Assembly: GCA_019058245.1 (NCBI GenBank) | Contig: JAHPZJ010000006.1 | Location: 64,001-128,000 of the forward strand | Origin: Promethearchaeota archaeon | Lineage (GTDB): Archaea > Asgardarchaeota > Lokiarchaeia > Sigyniarchaeales > SOKP01 | Direction: 5' to 3' | Length of the DNA: 64,000 bases | Notes under the pieces: generated by a model | The model's database searches: none | Told to the model about the DNA's origin: nothing | Seen by the model: the letters and a program-made list of their open reading frames with translations, nothing else | Program-made: the position numbers and the translations under genes | Shown here: piece after piece, positions 40,233 through 49,970 of the stretch | Position numbering within the stretch: the stretch's first letter is position 1 | Layout of the letters: each line of letters starts with the position of its first letter

Positions 40233-42137
40233 GTGGATTTACATCAAAAAAAATTTTCATGGATAATTGAAAACATTAAAGAAGGCTATTTTGACGTTGA
40301 TTTAAGAGGAAATTACCTTAATTGCAATAAAGCACTATGCGAGTTGACAGGTTATTCAAGAGAAGAATTATTGAAACTAACATATAAACAAATCACTGAT
40401 AACGAAAATCAAAAAACAGTATTTGAAGGATTTAGTTCTGTTTATAAAACAGAGAAACCTATGACTGATTTATTATATCAATTTATAACTAAATCTAATG
40501 AGAAAATCACAGCAGAAACTTCTGTATATTTGAAATATGATTCCCAAGGTAATAAAATTGGGTTTTATGGTTTAGTTCGAGATATTACTAAAAGAAAAAA
40601 AGAAGAAGAAAAATTTAAAAAAGAATTAGAAAAATTAGTAGATTTAAAGACAAAAGAGTTGAAAGAATCTGAAGAAAAATATAGCAATCTCTTCCATTAT
40701 TCGAATGATGGAATTTTACTTCATGATATAGAAGGCAATATTATAGATGTCAATCAAAGAGCATTAGAACAATTTGGTTATACAAGATCAGAAATATTAA
40801 AATTAAAAATAATGGATCTTCATCCAATGGATGCGCTTGAAGCATCTAAAAAAGCATTTGAAGAGATTCAAAAAAAAGGTGTTATAAATTTTGAAATTAA
40901 TTTTATAAAAAAGAATGGCGAAATTTTCGTTGCTGAAGTATCATCAAGCATGTTTTATATGGGAGGGGAAAAATTAATTAAAGGTAATGTTCGTGACATT
41001 ACAATGAGAAAACTCGCAGAGCAAAAATTAAAACAATCTGAGGAAAGATATCGGAATCTAATCGAATCAGGCCCATTTGCAATAGTACTAGTTAATAAAC
41101 AAGGAAAAATAAGTTATTGTAATCCTGCAGTTGCAAAATTATCTGGATATCCACAAGAAGAATTAATTGGATATGAATTTAAAGATCTTGCAGCAATTTA
41201 TCCCGAAGATGTACCTATAATGCTTAATCGATTTCAAAAAACTTTCAAAGGTGAATTTTTACCTCCTTTAGAGATTAAACTATATAAAAAGGATGGTGAT
41301 ATAGCCTGGATAAGCTATCAAAGTAAATTAGTTAAAGTGGGTGATGAATCTTTATTACAAATCGTAATTGAGGATGTAACAGAGAAAAGAAAAGCAGATG
41401 TTCTTATTAACGAAGAAATTGTAAAGTTAAAAGAATTAGACCAAATTAGGAAAGACTTAATTTCAAGAGTCTCACATGAATTAAAAACTCCTTTAGTTTC
41501 TGTTTGTGGTGCTTCTGAATTACTTTTAGATTTATATTTAGACCAATTAAATGATGAACCAAAAGAATTAATTGAAATGATTGAAAAAGGTGGTAAGAGA
41601 TTAAAGTACTTAGTAGATAATTTGGTTGATATTACTCGAATAGAATATGGAAAATTCAAATTAAAGAAAGAAAAAACGGATATCAACCAGTTAATTAAAG
41701 ATTGTATTAAGGAAATGAAGTATCTCATTGAACAGCGTGAATTAAATCTAGAATATAATCTTATGGATAATTTATTTTTAGAAATCGATAAAGTAAGAAT
41801 TGAACAGGTAATATTAAATTTGCTGTCGAATGCTATAAAAAACACGCCCCCTAATGGAATAATTTCAATAAATTCTTCGAAAATAGATGATAAAGTCAAA
41901 GTAATAATAAAAGACACCGGAATTGGATTAACCAAGGAAGAAATGGACAGACTTTTTATTAGATTTGGAAAAATAGAGAGATTTGGGAGGGGCCTAGAAT
42001 ATATTGATATTCAAGGGACTGGCCTTGGATTGTTTATTTCAAAAGAAATAATTGATTTGCATGAAGGTCAAATATGGGTAGAGTCAGAAGGCAGGGATAA
42101 AGGATGTACCTTTATTTTTAAATTACCAATTAATTAG
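40233..42137 (+). CDS. Cytoplasmic multi-PAS sensor histidine kinase
   Basis: Three PAS/PAC repeats (RDIT.RK), SHELKTPL, NLLSNAIK, DTGIG, GTGLGL. Confidence 0.95.
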   Translation: MDLHQKKFSWIIENIKEGYFDVDLRGNYLNCNKALCELTGYSREELLKLTYKQITDNENQKTVFEGFSSVYKTEKPMTDLLYQFITKSNEKITAETSVYLKYDSQGNKIGFYGLVRDITKRKKEEEKFKKELEKLVDLKTKELKESEEKYSNLFHYSNDGILLHDIEGNIIDVNQRALEQFGYTRSEILKLKIMDLHPMDALEASKKAFEEIQKKGVINFEINFIKKNGEIFVAEVSSSMFYMGGEKLIKGNVRDITMRKLAEQKLKQSEERYRNLIESGPFAIVLVNKQGKISYCNPAVAKLSGYPQEELIGYEFKDLAAIYPEDVPIMLNRFQKTFKGEFLPPLEIKLYKKDGDIAWISYQSKLVKVGDESLLQIVIEDVTEKRKADVLINEEIVKLKELDQIRKDLISRVSHELKTPLVSVCGASELLLDLYLDQLNDEPKELIEMIEKGGKRLKYLVDNLVDITRIEYGKFKLKKEKTDINQLIKDCIKEMKYLIEQRELNLEYNLMDNLFLEIDKVRIEQVILNLLSNAIKNTPPNGIISINSSKIDDKVKVIIKDTGIGLTKEEMDRLFIRFGKIERFGRGLEYIDIQGTGLGLFISKEIIDLHEGQIWVESEGRDKGCTFIFKLPIN

Positions 42138-42195
42138 TTATAATTTAATTTTTGCAGTATAATATAAATTGAATTTTTTAAGAATTGGAAATGAA

Positions 42196-42609
42196 TTAAT
42201 CTAAATAATGAAGTAAATGCTCCAATGATTCGAATTCAAAAGGTTTGTTAATACAGCCATCTGCTTTTGTTTCTTCTATTTTTTCTATCACCATAGATGT
42301 AGGAAATGATGTTAAGTAAATAAGGGGAATGTGCTTAAAACGTTTATTTGATTTTATTTTTTCACATAGTTTAAACGCAGAAATATCCGCTACCATGAGA
42401 TCTATCAATATGAGTTTTGGAATAAATTCACTTAATTTTTCTAAGCTTTTAATTCCTCTTCTTGTACAATAACTTGAGTATCCTTGCGATTTAAAAAACA
42501 ATTTTAAAAGTAGTAAAGTTGGTTCATCATTATCTACTATTAATATCTTATATGGTAAATCATTAGATTCAATTTCATCATTTAGATCGAAATCCTTATT
42601 CTTAATCAT
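42196..42609 (-). CDS. Single-domain response regulator
   Basis: KILIVDND, LILIDL, YLT, KPF. Confidence 0.88.
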   Translation of the reverse strand: MIKNKDFDLNDEIESNDLPYKILIVDNDEPTLLLLKLFFKSQGYSSYCTRRGIKSLEKLSEFIPKLILIDLMVADISAFKLCEKIKSNKRFKHIPLIYLTSFPTSMVIEKIEETKADGCINKPFEFESLEHLLHYLD

Positions 42610-42945
42610 TTTTATTTACCATTTCTCAACGTTAAAATTTAAAATCCCAATTCTACTTTTTTTGCCACTCTTAAATTCGCCCTATATTAAACTCGCTTGA
42701 GTTTAATTCTCCCCCTAACTTTAAATTTCCTATTTTGCATCTGTTTAATTATCCTTTATTTTTAATTTCAGAAATTTAATTAATATCATAATTAAATGGG
42801 TGTCAATAAAAACATCGAATATTCATATTTAAAATATTTTATATTTTTTTTTTTCCTATTAAATTTCAATTCAGAAGCGAATTCTGATACTGAATTAAGA
42901 TAAATAACTAATTCTCTTAAAGCTAAAAAACATACTTTAAAAAAA

Positions 42946-44070
42946 TTGAAAAATAAAGAGGATTTAAATGTATTTAATTTTATAATTAATATAAGGCATA
43001 AATTTTTTTTATATTTTTTTAATAATATGAAATATAAAAATTATATGGGGAATAAAAAAACAACATTCTCAATTTCAATTTCTCAATCCATAAAAAATTA
43101 TCTCGAGAGATATCAGCGTTCAATATTTAACAAATCAAAAGATAAAAGATTTAAAAATATTTCAGTGTTTATTAACAAAATTTTAGAAATATGCGTAATT
43201 TTTTTTAGCCAAGGAAATGGATTAGACGATCTTGAAGAAATTACAAAAACTCCCAGAAAAGAAGTCTCTGATTTTTTTGAGGATTTATTGGTTGGTGTAA
43301 ATCCTTATCAATTTGAAGAGTCTATTAAGTTTGATAAATATCGCCCCTTAGGGAAACTATATTTCAATACATTTGCGATTTATAGGAATTTTATATCCAA
43401 TACTTTTAAGGGAGAAAGTGCCTCTGATGAACGTATTGTTAAAATTATGAACTTCATTGGATCGTTTTTATTAAAGAATAAATTAACCGAGAGATTTGAT
43501 GCATATTTACAACATGATAATATTATTATCGAGTATAGAGGTTATTTTAGCAATATACATTATAATTATAGTAAGGGAATAGCGGGATTATGTGGTTATT
43601 TTGGTTTTAGGATAATTGATTTCTATTATGAAGACAAATTTACTAGGCTTGTCTTTAAAAAAACTCCATTAGTTAAAGATTTGAAATTCTCTCTAAAAGA
43701 AAGGAAGGCTTTAAGTTTTTACAATTCAAATAGATTTATCTCACTGGATCATATACTTAATAATGAGAAAATATATTTATGGATGGATGTCTCAGAAAAT
43801 AATAACAGTATAGTAGGCGTTAAAGATTATATTTCTGGGAAGGAAATTATATCCGAATATCTCTCTAAGTTGGAAAATATTGATATTCAAGAAAATTTGG
43901 ATAAGAATGTATTTTTGAATGAAAATATTTTAAAAATGCTATCCTCCTTTAATTGGATCATTCTTAAAGATATAAAAAATAGTGATTTTATTTTTAATAT
44001 TAAAGAGAAAGATCATCCTATTGAATTTCGGATTCTAAAAGAAATTCTTGATAAATATCATCTGTTATAA
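42946..44070 (+). CDS. Hypothetical protein, possible N-terminal ribbon-helix-helix regulator; likely start at ATG 43045
   Basis: KKTTFSISISQSIKNYLE...NISVFINKIL beta-alpha-alpha pattern. Confidence 0.5.
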   Translation: MKNKEDLNVFNFIINIRHKFFLYFFNNMKYKNYMGNKKTTFSISISQSIKNYLERYQRSIFNKSKDKRFKNISVFINKILEICVIFFSQGNGLDDLEEITKTPRKEVSDFFEDLLVGVNPYQFEESIKFDKYRPLGKLYFNTFAIYRNFISNTFKGESASDERIVKIMNFIGSFLLKNKLTERFDAYLQHDNIIIEYRGYFSNIHYNYSKGIAGLCGYFGFRIIDFYYEDKFTRLVFKKTPLVKDLKFSLKERKALSFYNSNRFISLDHILNNEKIYLWMDVSENNNSIVGVKDYISGKEIISEYLSKLENIDIQENLDKNVFLNENILKMLSSFNWIILKDIKNSDFIFNIKEKDHPIEFRILKEILDKYHLL

Positions 44071-44114
44071 TTTAAGAGCTTGCGTTTTACTCTAATTTTG
44101 GATTTTTCGAAAAA

Positions 44115-44717
44115 TTATAAAATTTTAGCTAAATTATACCCCTGTTCAATTAACTCATAATTTAACTTTCCCAATTTTTCACCCATTCTCTTATACACTA
44201 CCATTTTTAAAATTTCTAATTTTAAATCTGGTAGTGCTTTTGATAACAACCCCAGTATTGGAGTATTAATTACAGGATTTCCATCTATTGTTAAATTCTT
44301 CTCTAATGCTAATTTGCTTATATCCGCAACTATTACTTTAGTATCCTTATTTAAATTATACTCATTAACAAAAAACTCCGGGTTCTTTTCAGAGTTGATA
44401 ATAAAAATACCGTCTTGCTCAAGGGAAGAGGCAATTTCATGATTTAAAACGGATTCATCAAAGATAATTAGAATATTTGGAAATTCTATTTGAGCTCTAT
44501 CCCATATGATTTCTGTTCGAGAGAGTTTAGCATATGCTTGTATAGGAGCTCCTCTCCTTTCTGCCCCAAATGAGGGATATGCATGAACATCAACATAATT
44601 TCCACTCAAATATGCAGCTTCTGCAATAATTTCACATGCAGTAACAGCACCCATTCCTCCTCTACCATGTATAGTTATATTTATAATTTCAGAATTGTTA
44701 CTTTTTTCTTTAGGCAT
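44115..44717 (-). CDS. porG: 2-oxoacid:ferredoxin oxidoreductase gamma subunit
   Basis: IHGRGGMGAVT, PSFGAERRGAP, NTPILG. Confidence 0.92.
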   Translation of the reverse strand: MPKEKSNNSEIINITIHGRGGMGAVTACEIIAEAAYLSGNYVDVHAYPSFGAERRGAPIQAYAKLSRTEIIWDRAQIEFPNILIIFDESVLNHEIASSLEQDGIFIINSEKNPEFFVNEYNLNKDTKVIVADISKLALEKNLTIDGNPVINTPILGLLSKALPDLKLEILKMVVYKRMGEKLGKLNYELIEQGYNLAKIL

Positions 44718-45055
44718 GTAAAGAACCTACAAATTAGTTAAAATGGCAATGAATAGATCAATTTAGTATGAAATAAACTTTTTTTTTTTAACTTAGTTAA
44801 ATTGAATAAACAAATAATTTTCTTTAAATTTTCTTTGAAAAAAATATTTTGAACTAAATTTAATGAGTAATTTACATTGTCTTTTTATACCCTAGAATTA
44901 CATTCCAGAATTTTTCATTTTGATTTGACTTATTTTCTTAAAAATGTGTAATTAAGTGAGATTGATTAGAAAAAGAATAAATATAATTCGAGTTTTCTAA
45001 ATCTATATAAATGCTAAGTTATAAGATTAATTAAAAGAAAATTGTGTGAGAAAAA

Positions 45056-45730
45056 ATGGATTTTGTATCACTTATTTTTCAATCTACTGCTTTTATCGCT
45101 GCTTTTTATGTTGCTATAATAATTATTAGGAAAGATATACAATATATTGGAAATAAATTATTCGTTATATCTTTTATATTATTTGGATTATATGCTCTTG
45201 TTTTGTTCTTGTATGAATTTCCGATTTCGATTATAGTCAATGAATTCCTTATAGGGTCCTCATTAATAATAATAGTAATAGGTATAGTTTTCTTTGTACT
45301 ATCGATGCAGGTTTTTGCTCAGAGCTCGATATTTTTAAAAAACACAATCACCAAAGTGATTACTGTAATTTCTGTAGCAGTGTGTGTTCTAACTTTCTTT
45401 TTCCCATATAGAGTTTTGCAGATTCAACCAGAAATAGAAGCAGATAAAAATCTCGTTTCCCTTTTAACCACGGGAATTTGGGTTTTTATTTTAATGATTT
45501 ATAATTCAATTCAGCTATATAAGACATTACAAAATATGGAAGATCCAGATAAAACCTTAAAGAACAAGATAAAACTTTTATTGACTGCTCAGCTTATTGG
45601 AATATTAAGTCCTACGATGAGTGTAATTGGCAATATAACAAAAAACTCATTGTTACACTCGACTATGTTTATATTTTTGGCAATCCCAATGGTTATTATT
45701 GGTTTTATAATTTCAAAAGAGAGAGATTAA
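45056..45730 (+). CDS. Stand-alone 7-TM membrane protein (HisKA_7TM-like)
   Basis: Seven hydrophobic segments; NKLF motif before TM2. Confidence 0.6.
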   Translation: MDFVSLIFQSTAFIAAFYVAIIIIRKDIQYIGNKLFVISFILFGLYALVLFLYEFPISIIVNEFLIGSSLIIIVIGIVFFVLSMQVFAQSSIFLKNTITKVITVISVAVCVLTFFFPYRVLQIQPEIEADKNLVSLLTTGIWVFILMIYNSIQLYKTLQNMEDPDKTLKNKIKLLLTAQLIGILSPTMSVIGNITKNSLLHSTMFIFLAIPMVIIGFIISKERD

Positions 45731-45872
45731 AAGAATCTATAATTTTTATTTTTAAAAGCATTCTCTAAAAAAATAAAAAAGAAATCAAAGAAAATAATAT
45801 TAAGCAGATAAAAATATTATAAATTATCATTATTCTTATAACTAGCAATTTTAATATCTAAGTGAATTAAAC

Positions 45873-46718
45873 ATGAAAAATGAAACAGGATTTTTTGAAG
45901 GAAGAGAATTGAAAAAATTATTTTATCAATATTGGTTACCAGATTCGGGAGATATAAAAGCATATGTTGTAGCATTTCATGGATGGGGTACTCATTCTGA
46001 TAGATTGAAAGATGTGGCTAATTATCTTACAGAAAATGGATATGCTGTTTATGCGTTTGATTTAAGAGGGCATTGGAGAAATGCTGGTGATATTCCAGGC
46101 CATATAGATAGTATGGATCATATCCAAAAGGATACGCTTCTCTTTATGGATATGCTCCGTGATATTGCGGGAAATAAAAAAATTTTTCTGATGGGACATT
46201 CTTTTGGAGGTTTAATATGTTTAATTTTTGCTATTAATCACCCAAACTTAGCAGGAGTGTTGGTATCATCTCCATTATTAGGAATGTTTTTAAAATTATC
46301 AATGGGTAAAAAAGTTATAAAATCAATATCTAAAACTCTTGATAAATTATCACCAAATAAGATATTAGATAATATTATCGATCAAAATCAATTAACAAGT
46401 GATTTAAAAATATTAAGAGAACATATTGCGGATAAACATAAAACAGAAGTAATATCTGCCAAGTCTGCGACTGAAATTGATAAATTTTCAAAATGGGCAA
46501 TGGATAATGCCTCAAAATTACTTTGTCCAATATTTATTATGCAATCTGGAGATGACAAAATAGTAGATAAGGATATGGCTAATCAATTCTTTAAACTTAT
46601 TAGCTTCAAAGATAAAACTTATCGTGAATATGATGGCTTTCTACATGAATTATGGAATGAAAAAGGAAGAGTACAAGTTTATCAAGATATGTATGTGTGG
46701 TTAGAAAAACATTTGTAA
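45873..46718 (+). CDS. Lysophospholipase/monoacylglycerol lipase
   Basis: HGWGTHS, FDLRGH, GHSFGG, GDDKIV, HELWNE. Confidence 0.92.
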   Translation: MKNETGFFEGRELKKLFYQYWLPDSGDIKAYVVAFHGWGTHSDRLKDVANYLTENGYAVYAFDLRGHWRNAGDIPGHIDSMDHIQKDTLLFMDMLRDIAGNKKIFLMGHSFGGLICLIFAINHPNLAGVLVSSPLLGMFLKLSMGKKVIKSISKTLDKLSPNKILDNIIDQNQLTSDLKILREHIADKHKTEVISAKSATEIDKFSKWAMDNASKLLCPIFIMQSGDDKIVDKDMANQFFKLISFKDKTYREYDGFLHELWNEKGRVQVYQDMYVWLEKHL

Positions 46719-46798
46719 AAGAACATTATAGAGATTTTTTTTATCTAAATTAATCCTTTCCTCTTGTCAATTTTTGGTTTTCTTATATTAATCTTCAT

Positions 46799-47956
46799 CT
46801 ATTTCACACCTCCATATACAGCAAAATAATAGCATTTCCAAATTACGTCAACATATTTAAAACCAATATTATCAAGCCACTTTAGCTGGTTGAAAAGTAC
46901 GGCAGGACAGTCTTCTTGACGATGATCTATGAGAATTCTCTCAATATCATCCATTGAATAATTACTTCTTAAAAAATCAGTCCATTGCTTTACATACATA
47001 TCTTGTAAATAATTATTTGAACCCAGAATATTATCCAAATTATAAAATACTCCTCCTTGATTAAGAGCGTCATAAATTTTTGTATAAAACTTAACTTTAT
47101 CTTCATCAGACCTAAGATGATGTAAGGCTAATGATGATAATATTACATCACACTGAGCTGTAAAAGATAGCATATTAAAATCATCTATAAGAAATTCAAC
47201 ATTGTTAAAGTTTGAAAGCTTTTTTTTAGCTAACTCGACCATATTCTCTGATACATCAATCATAGTTAATTTAGAATTCGGAAAGTGCATTTTTATCAAT
47301 TTTGAGAGATTTCCTGTCCCAGAGCCTAAATCAACTATTTTTATTTGTTGATGTATATCAAATGGTATAGAATTTATCAATGCTATCAGCATTTCATTAT
47401 AATAGGGAACTACTTTGGGGATAAAATCATCATATGCAAATGATATTTCTTCAAATCGAACTCTAATTTTTTCATTTATACTTTTTGTATTATACTTCTC
47501 TAAATACAAAAGTTTAACATTTTCATTCAATTCCTCGGTTTTAAATATATTATATCCCAGTTTCTGATAAAGATATAGATTTTTTTCGCTCTTAAATCCA
47601 GTAAATAATTCAAATCTGTCAGCATAGCTAAAGTTGTTTTCAATCTTTCTAAGAATTAAAGTACCTAACCCTTGATTTTGATATTCTGGATGGACTATTA
47701 ATTTTCCTATGAAGCATGATTCTTTATCTCGATATGCTCTTACCGATCCAATTATTTTATCATTTTTTAAAGCTTTTAGAAATATACTTTTTCTAAACTC
47801 CTCTTTAAGTTCTTCAATTGTCTGATGTAAAGGAGGGATATTGAAATCATTGTAGATTTCTGCTTCGCTTTGATATGCTATTTTTTGAAGTTGAAGAATT
47901 TCATCTAAATCATTTTCTTTAACTGATTTAATTTCAACAGATTTAATTTCACTCAT
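46799..47956 (-). CDS. GNAT acetyltransferase fused to class I SAM methyltransferase (CmoA-like)
   Basis: IVHPEYQNQGLGT, NLYLYQKLGY; VPYY, DLGSGTG, SSLALHHL, QLKWL..IGF. Confidence 0.88.
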   Translation of the reverse strand: MSEIKSVEIKSVKENDLDEILQLQKIAYQSEAEIYNDFNIPPLHQTIEELKEEFRKSIFLKALKNDKIIGSVRAYRDKESCFIGKLIVHPEYQNQGLGTLILRKIENNFSYADRFELFTGFKSEKNLYLYQKLGYNIFKTEELNENVKLLYLEKYNTKSINEKIRVRFEEISFAYDDFIPKVVPYYNEMLIALINSIPFDIHQQIKIVDLGSGTGNLSKLIKMHFPNSKLTMIDVSENMVELAKKKLSNFNNVEFLIDDFNMLSFTAQCDVILSSLALHHLRSDEDKVKFYTKIYDALNQGGVFYNLDNILGSNNYLQDMYVKQWTDFLRSNYSMDDIERILIDHRQEDCPAVLFNQLKWLDNIGFKYVDVIWKCYYFAVYGGVK

Positions 47957-48155
47957 TATTTTTTCTCCTCAAAAATTTTTTCCGATATATCATTTCGATT
48001 ATTTTTTTTTATTTTTTTCTGATATTTTTTTTTTTCACTCATATTCAATATATTTTATGAATTGGATTAGAATTTCTTAAAGAAGTGAAAGATAGTTGGA
48101 ATGATATAAGAATATCTTTAATTTTTAAAAAAAACAGAAATTCTAATAATTAAAC

Positions 48156-48183
48156 CATTGCGCACGTTCTACGCGTGCCAATG
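48156..48183 (-). promoter_or_regulatory. Hairpin enclosing the stop codon of leader 2
   Basis: Minus strand CATTG-GCACG-cgTAGaa-CGTGC-g-CAATG; U8 tract downstream at 48127-48134. Confidence 0.7.
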
Positions 48184-48246
48184 TAATACCCAAAACCAAC
48201 TAATGAAAAATTTTCTTAAGCTTAAGTTTTTTTTAATTGTTGTCAT
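48169..48246 (-). CDS. Trp-rich leader peptide 2 (MTTIKKNLSLRKFFISWFWVLHWHA*)
   Basis: Hand-translated 25-aa uORF with 3 Trp in the last 9 codons; paralogous to the trpD leader. Confidence 0.7.
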   Translation of the reverse strand: MTTIKKNLSLRKFFISWFWVLHWHA

Positions 48247-48295
48247 TTTTCATTCAAAAGGTTTTGTTAATTATACAAATGTAATAATTAATTGA

Positions 48296-48310
48296 TATTT
48301 ATATTTTTTT
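48296..48310 (-). promoter_or_regulatory. BRE/TATA promoter of leader 2
   Basis: AAAAAAATATAAATA on the minus strand, 50 nt before the ATG; identical to the trp promoter element. Confidence 0.65.
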
Positions 48311-48385
48311 AAATTCCTTAAATAATGATAAATTAGATTATTTTTTCTAATTTCTATTGTCTATTTAAGATTTAGAAAATCTTAA

Positions 48386-48604
48386 ATGGATATATATGCA
48401 TGGAATACGAAAGTGAGCAGTTTGTTTGATTTCAATAAAGATCCCAGATTGAATAATAATATCATATCAGAAAATCCAGATAAAGTGAAAGAACTACTTG
48501 AACTGTGTTGGAAAGATGCCCGAGAACCAATTGACTTTGATTTCATGCGCCATTTTAAAGATCGACTGGGTTGTACACCAGTAACTCGAAAATTAACCAA
48601 ATAA
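48386..48604 (+). pseudogene. C-terminal remnant of a sulfatase-like gene
   Basis: SLFDFNKDPRLNNNIISENPDKVKEL resembles the sulfatase C-terminal LYDL..DP.E..N....P..V.EL motif; no upstream catalytic part. Confidence 0.5.
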
Positions 48605-48673
48605 TCCAAAGGGATTTTTTTTACTAAATAATTTCACCTAAAATAAATTAATAATAGTATAGTGAAAAAAGAT

Positions 48674-48759
48674 AGTTAGTAATATTTAACAAAATGTGAT
48701 AAAAACCTAACATTTATATATGTTAATTATTTCTAATAATATGTTAATTATTTCTAACA
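48674..48759 (+). promoter_or_regulatory. Four-copy operator array TGTTA-N8-TAACA around TATA box TTTATATA (48713-48720)
   Basis: Copies begin at 48674, 48695, 48721 and 48742, upstream of the membrane protein/Xre gene pair. Confidence 0.7.
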
Positions 48760-48792
48760 AATTATGAAAAAAATATAACAAGTGGTGATAAA

Positions 48793-49110
48793 ATGGATAT
48801 AGGAATAATAATTCTGTTGATTCTAGGAATATTTCTGGCACAAATTTTGATTTTTCTATTTGTGTTCAGATATACAAAGAAAAAAGGGATACTTCTAAGA
48901 GATGAAATGACCCGCGGGATGATGCGTAAATCTAGCGAAATTTCGTTTTGGGGATCTTGGGTTTTCTGGATCATTATCTTAATATTAGAATCAATTTCAG
49001 AGTTCACCTTCAATTGGTATATCTATTGCGGACTAATAGGAATGGGAGTTATTTACGTAATTTCTAATGCAATCATAAAATTCCAATTAAAAAACAAAGG
49101 TCAGGATTAA
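48793..49110 (+). CDS. Small membrane protein (DUF2178-like)
   Basis: Three TM segments, RDEM...KS motif; coupled to the Xre gene by a TAATG overlap. Confidence 0.7.
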   Translation: MDIGIIILLILGIFLAQILIFLFVFRYTKKKGILLRDEMTRGMMRKSSEISFWGSWVFWIIILILESISEFTFNWYIYCGLIGMGVIYVISNAIIKFQLKNKGQD

Positions 49111-49352
49111 TGGCGAAGAAAACTAAAGAAGAGGAGTTTACTACCAGAATCAAGGAATTACGGGCTAGATATAATCTGACTCAGAGTGATTTAGCTAAAA
49201 TGGTTAATGTCCGGCGCGAGACGATCCTTTATATTGAAAAAGGAAAATATAATCCTTCTCTTGTTCTAGCTCATAAAATCTCAAAAGCATTGAACTCTAA
49301 AATCGATGAGATATTTCTCTTTGCAGATGATCAAGACACTAATCCTATTTAA
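49110..49352 (+). CDS. Xre/Cro HTH transcriptional regulator
   Basis: [44 protein letters not shown]. Confidence 0.93.
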   Translation: MAKKTKEEEFTTRIKELRARYNLTQSDLAKMVNVRRETILYIEKGKYNPSLVLAHKISKALNSKIDEIFLFADDQDTNPI

Positions 49353-49376
49353 TCATTTTTTTTTTTAAGATTAAAA

Positions 49377-49970
49377 TTAAAGCTCTAAGAAATTTTTTAA
49401 GATTTGAATGCCGTGTGGCTTCATTTTGATGGATTCGGGGTGGAATTGAAGACCTTCTACGGGATATTGCTTATGTCGAACTCCCATAATCGTACCATCA
49501 TCCGCTGTTGCAGAGATTTTAAGGTTTTGAGGGAGGATATCCCCCTTTGCTGCTAGTGAATGATATCGAATAACCTGTAAAGGATTGGAAACATCTTTTA
49601 ATACTGTTTTTTGGTCGTGAAACACTTTAGATTCTTTACCATGCATAGGGCCTACTTTAGCTCTTCCTACATATTCCACATTTTCATCTTCTCCAAAAGC
49701 TTCGACAATCGCTTGATGACCTAAACAGATCCCCAATATTGGTATTTTGGAGTAGAACTCTTTAATGATTGGAATTACTGTACCCGTATCATATTTAGGA
49801 TGCCCAGGACCAGGTGAGATAATTATCTTATCAGCATTCATTTCTTTTACTTTATCTACTGCAATATGGTTATCCTCAACAATTATTTCAGCGTCTGGTT
49901 GTAATTGACATATATAATTGACCAGATTATACACAAAACTATCATAATTATTAATAAATAGAATTTTCAT
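49377..49970 (-). CDS. trpG: Anthranilate synthase component II
   Basis: NYDSFVYNL, ISPGPGHP, GICLGHQ, RYHSL, QFHPES. Confidence 0.95.
   Translation of the reverse strand: MKILFINNYDSFVYNLVNYICQLQPDAEIIVEDNHIAVDKVKEMNADKIIISPGPGHPKYDTGTVIPIIKEFYSKIPILGICLGHQAIVEAFGEDENVEYVGRAKVGPMHGKESKVFHDQKTVLKDVSNPLQVIRYHSLAAKGDILPQNLKISATADDGTIMGVRHKQYPVEGLQFHPESIKMKPHGIQILKNFLEL

Noticed and set aside
48717-48760. 21-bp direct repeat as a possible mini-CRISPR
   Set aside because: No spacers and no cas genes; better explained as operators
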